Part shown: piece by piece, positions 52,910-60,778 of the stretch
Layout of the letters: each line of letters opens with the position of its first letter
How positions within the stretch are numbered: the stretch's first letter is position 1
Assembly: GCA_018830005.1 (NCBI GenBank)
Contig: JAHJTE010000001.1
Span: forward strand, 321,332-385,331
Source of the DNA: Candidatus Omnitrophota bacterium
Lineage (GTDB): Bacteria; Omnitrophota; Gorgyraeia; JAHJTE01
Length of the DNA: 64,000 nucleotides
Reading direction: 5' to 3'
Notes under the pieces: model-generated
Database searches by the model: none
What the model saw: only the letters and a program-made list of their open reading frames with translations
Told to the model about the DNA's origin: nothing
Translations under genes and position numbers: made by a program

Positions 52910-53872
52910 ATGGATTTTTTCAATTCCTTAAGCACAGTGGTTTCAGCAATGGCACAGCTTATATTTTTGGCTGGTTGCGGATATTTTTTGGTAAAGAAAG
53001 ATATTTTAACACCTGAGACCTTAAAGATTTTAAGTAGAATAGTTTTAATTTTAATATTTCCCTCTTTTGTATTTCATAAACTTGTGAGTAGTTTTACATT
53101 TTCTCAGTTCCCACATTGGTGGATTTATCCTATTTTTAGTTTTGCTATCATTGGTTCTGCCTTTTTAATAGCACTCGCCTTTTTGCGTTTGAATCCCGAA
53201 TTTGGCCAAAAAAGAGAGTTTCTTTCAAGTATAACGTTCTCTAACGCTGGTTATTTGCCGCTGGTGTTGATTGCTACGCTTTTTGACAAAGAGATAGCCT
53301 CGCGTTTATTTATTTACTTATTTTTATTCTTGCTTGGATTCAATCTGCTGGTCTGGTCCTTTGGAGTAACTCTCCTTGCCGGAGACAGAGAAGAAAAGAA
53401 TACATTTAAGAACATGTTTAGCCCGCCGGTCATTGCTATTTTGTTGGGATTAATGGTTGTATTCTTTAAAATCAGCTCTTTTATTCCGTCTTTTCTTATG
53501 AAGGCCTTTGAGTCTTTGGGTTCATGCACGCTTCCTTTGGCCTTGATTGTAGTTGGCGGAAACCTTGCATTGATAAACATGCAGAGTATCTTTAAAAATA
53601 GGCAGTTACAGGTAATTGTCTTTATAAAGCTTATTTTACTTCCATTCCTTGCAATTTTTATATTATTGTTTTTTGATATCAATCCCTTGATTAAGTTCTT
53701 GCTTCTTCTTGAAGCGGCAATGCCAACAGCCGTATCACTTTCAGTAATCTGTCGCAACTTTGAACTCAAAGGAGTTCTTGCCAACCAGGCGATTTTCTGG
53801 ACGCACCTATGTTCGATTCTGACTCTGCCGTTTTTTCTTGTTATTTTCAGAGCAGTTGCGCGGTTACATTAA
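52910..53872 (+). CDS. AEC-family (auxin efflux carrier/malate permease-like) transporter
   Basis: About 10 TM helices, FSNAGYLPL, PLALIVVG, KLILLP, AAMPTA. Confidence 0.85.
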   Translation: MDFFNSLSTVVSAMAQLIFLAGCGYFLVKKDILTPETLKILSRIVLILIFPSFVFHKLVSSFTFSQFPHWWIYPIFSFAIIGSAFLIALAFLRLNPEFGQKREFLSSITFSNAGYLPLVLIATLFDKEIASRLFIYLFLFLLGFNLLVWSFGVTLLAGDREEKNTFKNMFSPPVIAILLGLMVVFFKISSFIPSFLMKAFESLGSCTLPLALIVVGGNLALINMQSIFKNRQLQVIVFIKLILLPFLAIFILLFFDINPLIKFLLLLEAAMPTAVSLSVICRNFELKGVLANQAIFWTHLCSILTLPFFLVIFRAVARLH

Positions 53873-53884
53873 GTATGCTATTAT
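53856..53884 (+). promoter_or_regulatory. Promoter for smpB-ssrA
   Basis: TTGCGC-N17-TATTAT with extended -10 TG. Confidence 0.5.
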
Positions 53885-53897
53885 TCATTCTTAGATT

Positions 53898-54350
53898 ATG
53901 GCCAATAAGGTTTTAGTTTCTAATAGAAGGGCACACGCAGATTATAAGATCTTTGAGAAGCAAGAAGCAGGTATTGAGTTTAAAGGAAGCGAGGTAAAGT
54001 CGTTACGCGAGGGAAAGGGCAGCTTGGCAGAGAGTTTTGCGCGTATAGAGAATGGAGAGATTTTTCTATACAATTGCCATATCAGCCCCTACTCACACAA
54101 AGGTTATGATGAGCTTGATCCCTTAAGGATAAGGAGGTTATTGCTTCATAAGCGCGAAATCTCAAAGCTGTACATCCAGGTTAGCCAGCGCGGATTTACC
54201 CTTATACCTCTTAGACTTTATCTAAGTAAAGGCCTCATAAAGGTAGAGATTGCTCTTTGTAAGGGTAAAAAACATTTTGATAAGCGCGAAAGTATAAAGA
54301 AGAGAGAGCAGGATTTGTCAATAAGAAGAGCGTTAAGATATAGAAGATAA
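53898..54350 (+). CDS. smpB: SsrA-binding protein
   Basis: NRRA, EAGI, GSEVKSLR, LLLHKREI, GKKHFDKR. Confidence 0.97.
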   Translation: MANKVLVSNRRAHADYKIFEKQEAGIEFKGSEVKSLREGKGSLAESFARIENGEIFLYNCHISPYSHKGYDELDPLRIRRLLLHKREISKLYIQVSQRGFTLIPLRLYLSKGLIKVEIALCKGKKHFDKRESIKKREQDLSIRRALRYRR

Positions 54351-54369
54351 CGAGAAATATAAAAAATTG

Positions 54370-54766
54370 GGGGGCGAAAAGGTCTCGACCTGGGTAAGGA
54401 CGAGAGAGGTAGCATGCCGAGGTTGCAAGGTGGCCTCGTAAAAAACCTTGCACTATTTAAATGCTGATGAAACAACAGTAGTTGCTCAAGCGGAAGGAAT
54501 TCTTGCTGGAGTAGCTTAATCAGACAAAAGTCCTTGTTGGTTAATCCCAATGAGGCCTTCATCCAGAGAGTCTGCGCTCTGGATGTATGAATTTAGCAGA
54601 CTGGTTCTTGTTATGCCTCTTAGACAAGAGCGAGATTTAAAGAGGCTGGCCTTTCTTTATCTTGTCCATTGGAGAAAGAAAGGTAAGATTAAATAATAGA
54701 CTAAGCATGTAGTGACCCTTTTGAATTTACTCAGGGACCGGGGTTCGATTCCCCGCGCCTCCACCA
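54370..54766 (+). ncRNA. ssrA: tmRNA, one-piece, 397 nt
   Basis: 5' GGGGGCG pairs with 3' CGCCTCC-ACCA including G3.U; TCGAC and GCATG hallmarks; T arm GGGG-TTCGATT-CCCC; directly after smpB; tag frame 54463-54519 ADETTVVAQAEGILAGVA*. Confidence 0.96.
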
Positions 54767-54835
54767 GATTTTTAAGCCTTCCCAACACATTCTAATATAA
54801 GAAGTTAGGATTCCCCATAAAATCAAATCTCCATT

Positions 54836-54854
54836 TGTGCCCATTCTGTGCCCA
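54836..54854 (+). repeat. Tandem direct repeat TGTGCCCA x2 (candidate integrase arm-type sites)
   Basis: TGTGCCCA-TTC-TGTGCCCA; TTTGTGCC also at 55528 and 55837. Confidence 0.55.
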
Positions 54855-54871
54855 CAAATTAAATTTTCACC

Positions 54872-54900
54872 TTCCTAACTACCCATTCCAGTAGTATAAT
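54872..54900 (+). promoter_or_regulatory. Candidate promoter for the zinc-ribbon gene
   Basis: TTCCTA-N17-TATAAT. Confidence 0.45.
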
Positions 54901-54983
54901 TGAATAAAAGAAACTGAAGAAGATAACAGCCTTCCGCAGATTTACTTGGTTTTGTTACTCAAAACCTATAAATCTAAACGCTG

Positions 54984-55051
54984 GCCCTGCAGAATTCAAA
55001 GAATTCTACAGGATCAGTCCCAATAGAAATTCTTTCAGAATTTCTGTTGGA
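54984..55051. repeat. REP-like double hairpin (family copy 1)
   Basis: GC-CCTGCAGAATTC-AAA-GAATTCTACAGG-ATCAGTC-CCAATAGAAATTCT-TTC-AGAATTTCTGTTGG. Confidence 0.75.
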
Positions 55052-55067
55052 GGATCAGGAGGAGGGG

Positions 55068-55379
55068 ATGATGAAGAAGTGCCATTTTTGTGCAGAAGAA
55101 ATCCAGGATGAAGCAATAAAGTGTAGGTATTGTGGAGAGATATTGAATAAACAGCGACAGGTGAAATGGTATTTTAAAACCTCAATGCTGGTAATTGCTT
55201 TCTTTTGTATTGGACCCCTTGCTTTGCCATTGTTATGGTTTAATCCTCGTTTTAGCCAGAAAAACAAGATAATTACAAGTATAATTGTTATTACATTGAC
55301 TTATTTTTTAGGGATTGCCTTTGTTAATTCCATACGAACCCTAAATAATTATTACCAACAAATATTTCAATCATTTTAG
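55068..55379 (+). CDS. Zinc-ribbon membrane protein (UPF0547-like N-terminus plus 2 TM)
   Basis: KKCHFCAEEI..AIKCRYCG; AGGAGG RBS before ATG at 55068/55071. Confidence 0.8.
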   Translation: MMKKCHFCAEEIQDEAIKCRYCGEILNKQRQVKWYFKTSMLVIAFFCIGPLALPLLWFNPRFSQKNKIITSIIVITLTYFLGIAFVNSIRTLNNYYQQIFQSF

Positions 55380-55532
55380 GTGTAGCTTGGCTTAAATTTA
55401 TTATTTAACTCGTATTAGAAGGATACAAGCATGGACCCAATTACAAATAAAGAGGAGACAAAATATTATCTAGGCGGACTTTATTTTTCAAGAAGATTTG
55501 ATATCTTTAAAATTTGATTAAAAATAATTTGT

Positions 55533-55562
55533 GCCCTACAGAATCTAAGGGATTCTATAGGA
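55533..55562. repeat. REP-like single hairpin (family copy 2)
   Basis: GC-CCTACAGAATC-TAAGG-GATTCTATAGG-A. Confidence 0.75.
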
Positions 55563-55610
55563 CCCACCCAATGTCAAAACAACGGCAAACATCCGGACAG
55601 TCTAATTTAT

Positions 55611-55757
55611 TGACAATAAGAGAGTTATGTTGTAAGCTATTATCCGACGGCAAGTTAGGGCAATACGCTTTAACGATCCCCCGCCCTACAAAAATTGAAT
55701 GATTTCTATAGGATTAATCCTGTGAAAATCTTTGATTTTCATGGGGCGCCTCCACCA
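55611..55757 (+). repeat. 147-bp att-like repeat, copy A (ends in interrupted tmRNA 3' end)
   Basis: Gap-free alignment to 60779-60925, 113/147 identical by manual count; CGATCCCCCGC-[hairpin doublet]-GCGCCTCCACCA. Confidence 0.9.
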
Positions 55758-55860
55758 ATATTTTTACAGTTTCTAACTTGTTATTCTGCAATCAGTAGTA
55801 GACTTAGGACTAAAACAAATTCTATCTTGGGATCATTTTGTGCCTTTATGAGAAGGAGAG

Positions 55861-56517
55861 GTGAAGATAATGACGCAGGTATCAAAGAAAATTAGCTGGG
55901 AGATAGTAAAAAAGTGTATCTTGCCCTTAACTGTCTTTTTGGTGTTTATCGGAAGCTATATTTTCTATAAACTAAATTTGGCTCCTACGATTTCCATGGA
56001 AGCTCAGCAAGGTTTTAGCAAATATATCGTTACAATTTTTATTCTTTGTATTACTTTTATCCTTCATAGGATAACATCTGCTATCTTAAGCTGGTATAAA
56101 GCAAATATTGCCGCAAAGACCATTAGTAAACTGGATGATAATTTAATTCCTTTGATTCGCCGTACGCTTAAGGTATTGATCTGGATTGTAGCCTTTCTTG
56201 TTATTCTTCCATTTTATGGCGTAAATATGAGTGCTTTAATCGCTACCCTTGGCGTTGGCTCTTTAGCTATTGCCTTGGCTGCTCAGGATACAATCGCAAA
56301 TATAATTTCCGGATTCCTGATAATGATTGATGCGCCTTTTAGAATTGGCGATAGAATCAAGCTTCCTTCTGGAGAAGTAGTCGAGGTTTTAGATATCGGC
56401 GTAAGGCGATCTAAGTTTCTTTCTGAAGATAAATCAATTATAATTGCACCTAATCTGGATTTAAGTAAAAGTAAGATTATAAATTATACCTATGGAGAGG
56501 AGCGGCAGAGGGGATGA
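55861..56517 (+). CDS. Small-conductance mechanosensitive channel family, short form
   Basis: LGVGSLAIALAAQDTIANIISG, PFRIGDRI; lacks the usual C-terminal alpha/beta domain. Confidence 0.85.
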   Translation: MKIMTQVSKKISWEIVKKCILPLTVFLVFIGSYIFYKLNLAPTISMEAQQGFSKYIVTIFILCITFILHRITSAILSWYKANIAAKTISKLDDNLIPLIRRTLKVLIWIVAFLVILPFYGVNMSALIATLGVGSLAIALAAQDTIANIISGFLIMIDAPFRIGDRIKLPSGEVVEVLDIGVRRSKFLSEDKSIIIAPNLDLSKSKIINYTYGEERQRG

Positions 56518-57167
56518 GCTTTAAAGGAGCGATTTTTGATTTAGACGGAGTGCTAGTAAACACAGTACCCATACATTTCAAGGCCTGGAAGCAGATGTTT
56601 GCAGAGTATGGGATTGATTTTACTTTTGATGATTACAAGGAAAAGGTTGACGGCATTCCACGTTATGATGGTGCTAAGGCGATTCTTAGCGATTTGAATG
56701 ATGAGGAAATAAGGAAAGCTGGAGACCGCAAGCAGGGATATTATCTGAAATTTATTGAAGAGGAAAATATTCCCTTGTACAATTCGTCCGTGGATTTAAT
56801 AAAGAATTTAAGAGATTGCGGGAAAAGAATAGCCTTTGCCTCTGCAAGTCGCAATTGTAGGAGAGTTTTAGAGAAGGTTAGTTTGATTAAACTGGCAGAT
56901 GCGATAGTCGATGGAAATGATATTAAAAAAGGAAAACCAGATCCAGATATATTTCTTCTTAGTGCAGAAAGACTTAGTTGTCAGCCGCAGGAGTGTGTTG
57001 TTTTTGAAGATGCAGTCTTAGGGATAGAGGCAGCAGTAAATGCCGGAATGATCTGCATTGGCATTGATCGTTATCATAATTCTGAGCGGTTGGCAAAGGC
57101 TGATTTAGTAGTTGAAGATTTATCCAAAATAAATTTCAAAACAATTGAGGATCTATTTAAAAGATGA
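56514..57167 (+). CDS. pgmB: Beta-phosphoglucomutase
   Basis: FDLDGV, HFKAW, SASRN, GKPDPDIF, FEDA. Confidence 0.85.
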   Translation: MSFKGAIFDLDGVLVNTVPIHFKAWKQMFAEYGIDFTFDDYKEKVDGIPRYDGAKAILSDLNDEEIRKAGDRKQGYYLKFIEEENIPLYNSSVDLIKNLRDCGKRIAFASASRNCRRVLEKVSLIKLADAIVDGNDIKKGKPDPDIFLLSAERLSCQPQECVVFEDAVLGIEAAVNAGMICIGIDRYHNSERLAKADLVVEDLSKINFKTIEDLFKR

Positions 57168-59491
57168 AAGATTACTATTCTAAATATAGCGGAGCATACA
57201 GCTGGCAGATAAAAGAAGAGGGTTGGGTTAAGTCGCTTCAAGGAGTAAGAGAGGTCCAGCTTGCCTTAGGAAATGGTTATTGGGGAAGCCGCGCGATTTT
57301 AGAAGAACTTCCTTATGAGGCCAAGCCTGGAACATATATGGCAGGGGTATATGATAAGGTTGGTTCGCAGGTTTCGGAGTTGGTAAATCTGCCTAATCCA
57401 TTTAATTTTAAGATTACTGCTGATGGCGAAAAATTAGGTGTTATGACCATGGATGCTCTCCAACACAGAAGAATCTTAAACCTTAGGTCTGGGATTTTAT
57501 CCCGCTATACTGTTTTTCAAGATAGTAAAAAAAGGAAATATGACTACCAAAGTTTACGTTTTATCTCTATGCACGATAAAAATATCGGCGTATTGCAGGT
57601 CTCCTTTACGCCCTTAGATCATCAGATCAAGATATCGATTGAGACAGGAATTGATATTTCCGTGTATAACTCAGGTACGGCTACTGAAGGGCGCAAAAGA
57701 CATTTCCGCGTTAAAGAATTAGGCCAATTCAATAAAGAAGGATATCTTATAGTTGAGACGTTCGGAAAGTTACATAAGCTAATTTTCCGAAGTGGATTTT
57801 ATTACAGGATAGGAGGTAGAAAGACAGTCGCAAAAGACAATGTTTTCGAATTAAAAGTTGCCAAAAATCAAACTGTAATCTTTACAAAGATATTTTATAT
57901 AGACTACATCTCTCAATCCGAGAATTTAAATGGTTTTAAGAAAATATCAGAAAAAAAATTCAGGAGGGCATTTAAAGGAGGTTTCAATTATTTATTAAAG
58001 AAGCATATTTTTGCTTGGGAAAATTTATGGAAACAAGCAGAGGTCTCCATCTGGGGTGACCCGGAGATAGAAAAGAACTTCCGTTTTAATATCTATCATA
58101 TGCTTATCTGCGCCCCTTGTGATGGTGGAAATTCTAGCATCGGCGCAAAGGCCTTAACCGGTGAAGGATATCGGGGCCATATATTCTGGGACACTGAAAT
58201 TTTCCTCCTGCCATTTTATCTCTATACTTTACCAGAGGCGGCACGTAATATATTGCTTTATAGGTATAAAAGATTAGATGCTGCTAGAGACAGAGCCAAG
58301 AGTTTCGGTTTTAAAGGAGCCATGTTTCCTTGGGAATCGGCTGGATTAGGGATTGAAGAGACCCCGGACCGAGCTAAGGATCTAGATGGAAAGATTATTA
58401 AAATCCATACTGGTCAGATGGAACAGCATATCACTGCGGATATCGCCTACGCCTTTTACCACTATTATAACGTAACACAGGATGAGAAATTTATGTACGA
58501 TTATGGTTATGAGGTAATATTTGAGACCGCCAGATTCTGGGCCAGCCGTGTGGAATATAACAAGAGAAAGAAGATATACGAGATAAAGCATGTTATTGGT
58601 CCTAATGAATTCCAAATAGATGTCAACAATAATGCCTTTACAAATATGATGGCAAAGTGGAATTTACTCAAAGCTTATAAACTATTTCAACAGTTAAAGC
58701 AAAATGATTTAAAATTGTTGAGGAAACTAAATACAGAAATCGAACTTACCAATAAAGAGACAAAAGAATGGAAGAAGATCGCAGCCAAGATTGGCATTAA
58801 TAAAAATAAAAACAGTATTATTGAACAATTTGATGGTTATTTCAGAAAAAAATACATTAAGATAACGCAATGGGATGAGAACTCTCTGCCTATTGTATCA
58901 GCTAGACTATCGCCTCGCGAATATGCCCGCACCCAGTTTGTTAAACAGGCGGATGTAGTTATGCTTCTTTATCTTCTTGCCGATGTTTTCAACCTAAGAA
59001 CTAAAAAGAAAAATTATGAATATTATCTTAGCCGTACGCTGCATAATTCTTCTCTGAGCCTACCCATATATGCAATTGTGGCTATTGATCTTGGAGACCG
59101 GGAGCGTGCCTATCGTTTCTTCCGCACTGCAATTCATACTGACATCAGCAATATTCATAATAATACTGACCATGGCATTCATGCTGCTGGGATCGGTGGT
59201 ACCTGGCAGATTTTGGTAAGTGGATTTGCAGGGGTGAGAATAGAGAAAGAAATTCTTTCTATTAATCCTAAACTACCACATTCCTGGCGGAAGGTTATTT
59301 TTTCTTTATATTGGCGCGGGAAGCTTCTTAAATTAGAAATTAAAAATAATAAGATAACCATTCAGGTCTCGGGAAATAAAAAAAGAATTAAGATAAGGGT
59401 ATTTGGTATTTTGCATGAAATCCGCGGTGATAAAACCTTTAATTTTAAAAGAAAAGAATTGGCAAAAAAGAAAGAGGCCAGCTATCTTTAG
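57164..59491 (+). CDS. GH65 alpha-glucoside phosphorylase (kojibiose/trehalose/maltose phosphorylase-like)
   Basis: LGNGY, GEGYRGHIFWDTE, FPWES, HITADIA, GPNE, KQAD, HNSSLS. Confidence 0.9.
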   Translation: MKDYYSKYSGAYSWQIKEEGWVKSLQGVREVQLALGNGYWGSRAILEELPYEAKPGTYMAGVYDKVGSQVSELVNLPNPFNFKITADGEKLGVMTMDALQHRRILNLRSGILSRYTVFQDSKKRKYDYQSLRFISMHDKNIGVLQVSFTPLDHQIKISIETGIDISVYNSGTATEGRKRHFRVKELGQFNKEGYLIVETFGKLHKLIFRSGFYYRIGGRKTVAKDNVFELKVAKNQTVIFTKIFYIDYISQSENLNGFKKISEKKFRRAFKGGFNYLLKKHIFAWENLWKQAEVSIWGDPEIEKNFRFNIYHMLICAPCDGGNSSIGAKALTGEGYRGHIFWDTEIFLLPFYLYTLPEAARNILLYRYKRLDAARDRAKSFGFKGAMFPWESAGLGIEETPDRAKDLDGKIIKIHTGQMEQHITADIAYAFYHYYNVTQDEKFMYDYGYEVIFETARFWASRVEYNKRKKIYEIKHVIGPNEFQIDVNNNAFTNMMAKWNLLKAYKLFQQLKQNDLKLLRKLNTEIELTNKETKEWKKIAAKIGINKNKNSIIEQFDGYFRKKYIKITQWDENSLPIVSARLSPREYARTQFVKQADVVMLLYLLADVFNLRTKKKNYEYYLSRTLHNSSLSLPIYAIVAIDLGDRERAYRFFRTAIHTDISNIHNNTDHGIHAAGIGGTWQILVSGFAGVRIEKEILSINPKLPHSWRKVIFSLYWRGKLLKLEIKNNKITIQVSGNKKRIKIRVFGILHEIRGDKTFNFKRKELAKKKEASYL

Positions 59492-59509
59492 ATCAAAGGA
59501 GCCAGATCA

Positions 59510-60694
59510 ATGGCAAAGAAACGTCTAACTATTTCACATTTGCATTGGGGATTTCCGCCTGTAGTCGGTGGCGTTGAGACTCATCTGACAATACTCTTGC
59601 CTACTTTTGTGAAGATGGGACACAAGGTTCATTTACTTACGGGTGCTTTTGAAGGGGCAAAGGCAGAGGATAATTATAAGGGAGTGAGTGTACTGCGTCA
59701 ACCAATTATGGATTTGAACTGGCTTACCAGACGAGGAACGCATGGCTTATTTGAGGAGGTAAGGAGCGTTTTAAATAAGTTTGTAGATAAAACTAAACCA
59801 GATTGTCTCCATGTCCACAATATGCACTATTTTAGTAAAATTCATGCTAATGCACTTCAAGCAGTATCGATAAAAAAGGGCATCCCTTTGTTTTTGACAG
59901 CCCATAATGTCTGGGATGACAACCTTTTTCTGGATCTCATGAAGAATATTAAATGGACTCATGTTATTGCGGTTAGTCATTTTATAAAGAGGGAGATTAT
60001 TGGAATAGGATATCCCCATAACAAGGTCACTGTTATCCACCATGGTATTGATCATAATATCTATTCCCCTAAAGTAAATCCAAAGGTGGTTTTTAAAAAA
60101 TATCCAATATTGAAAGGAAAAAAAGTAATATTTCATCCAGCGCGAATGGGTTTGGCCAAAGGCTGTGATGTAACTATAAAAGCTATGCGAATAATTAAAG
60201 AAAGATTCCCCGAATCTTTTCTGATTCTCGCTGGAACAAAAAATATTATTGACTGGAGCCAGAGCCAACAAAAAGATATTGCTTACATGGTTAGTCTGGT
60301 TAAGTTTTTAAGACTGAAAGACAATGTTTTAATGGATTGTTTTGCCTTAGAGGATATGCCTAAACTTTATGCTGCTAGCTGTGCCTGTGTGTATCCTTCT
60401 ACCGCATCTGAGCCATTTGGATTAACAATGCTTGAGTCGCTTGCCTCGGGAAAACCTATGGTCGTTACCGAAACCGGAGGCATGCCAGAGATTATCAAGG
60501 ACAGTATTAATGGCTTTGTTATTCCCATAAAGGACTTCGAATCTCTGGCTTCGCGAGTAATTCAATTGTTAGCTAACAAAAATTTGAGAGAGAGATTAGG
60601 TTATACTGGTCGGCAAATGGTGGAACAACAATTTACTGCAGAGATTGTTGCCAAAAATACCCTTAGATTATATAGAGGTTTTTGTAAAAAATAA
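59510..60694 (+). CDS. GT4 glycosyltransferase
   Basis: FPPVVGGVE, HPARM, KG, EPFGLTMLE. Confidence 0.88.
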   Translation: MAKKRLTISHLHWGFPPVVGGVETHLTILLPTFVKMGHKVHLLTGAFEGAKAEDNYKGVSVLRQPIMDLNWLTRRGTHGLFEEVRSVLNKFVDKTKPDCLHVHNMHYFSKIHANALQAVSIKKGIPLFLTAHNVWDDNLFLDLMKNIKWTHVIAVSHFIKREIIGIGYPHNKVTVIHHGIDHNIYSPKVNPKVVFKKYPILKGKKVIFHPARMGLAKGCDVTIKAMRIIKERFPESFLILAGTKNIIDWSQSQQKDIAYMVSLVKFLRLKDNVLMDCFALEDMPKLYAASCACVYPSTASEPFGLTMLESLASGKPMVVTETGGMPEIIKDSINGFVIPIKDFESLASRVIQLLANKNLRERLGYTGRQMVEQQFTAEIVAKNTLRLYRGFCKK

Positions 60695-60778
60695 GGATAT
60701 AGGAAAATTCCGGTTTTCTTTCCGTGTAGTATAAGCAAGTTGCGAATTTAGTCCAATGGTGAGTTTCACTTCTTTTTG

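Larger units (their letters stand above)
54767..55757. mobile_element. tmRNA-integrated cargo segment 1 (no integrase)
   Basis: Bounded by the tmRNA 3' end and a displaced copy of it (55674-55757); TGTGCCCA tandem repeat near the left end. Confidence 0.6.

Noticed and set aside
54218-54562. Minus-strand ORFs over smpB/tmRNA
   Set aside because: Antisense shadows of well-supported genes; the other short antisense or nested ORFs in the track are rejected for the same reason.
54900-55000. Fluoride or c-di-GMP riboswitch
   Set aside because: Only short fragments (TAAACGCTG, TCTAAA) resemble them; the core conserved elements are absent.
55606-55636. dif-like site (ATAA-GAGAG-TTATGTT)
   Set aside because: The spacer is 5 bp rather than 6, the XerC arm is poor, and TTATGTT is not kept in copy B.
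54984-55757. Palindromic repeats as a CRISPR array
   Set aside because: Units are divergent, inverted relative to each other, irregularly spaced, and no cas genes are present.
55674-55757. Second tRNA gene or permuted two-piece tmRNA
   Set aside because: No matching 5' acceptor strand or intact T arm (GGGGTT is replaced by TTTAA), and the real tmRNA is complete and one-piece.
55514-55895. ORFs 55514-55702 and 55695-55895
   Set aside because: They run through the hairpins and att-like repeat, start with TTG without an RBS, and have no recognisable motifs.
58585-58615. GH65 GPNE instead of GPDE as a sign of inactivity
   Set aside because: The catalytic Glu is retained, and GPNE occurs in maltose phosphorylase-type members.
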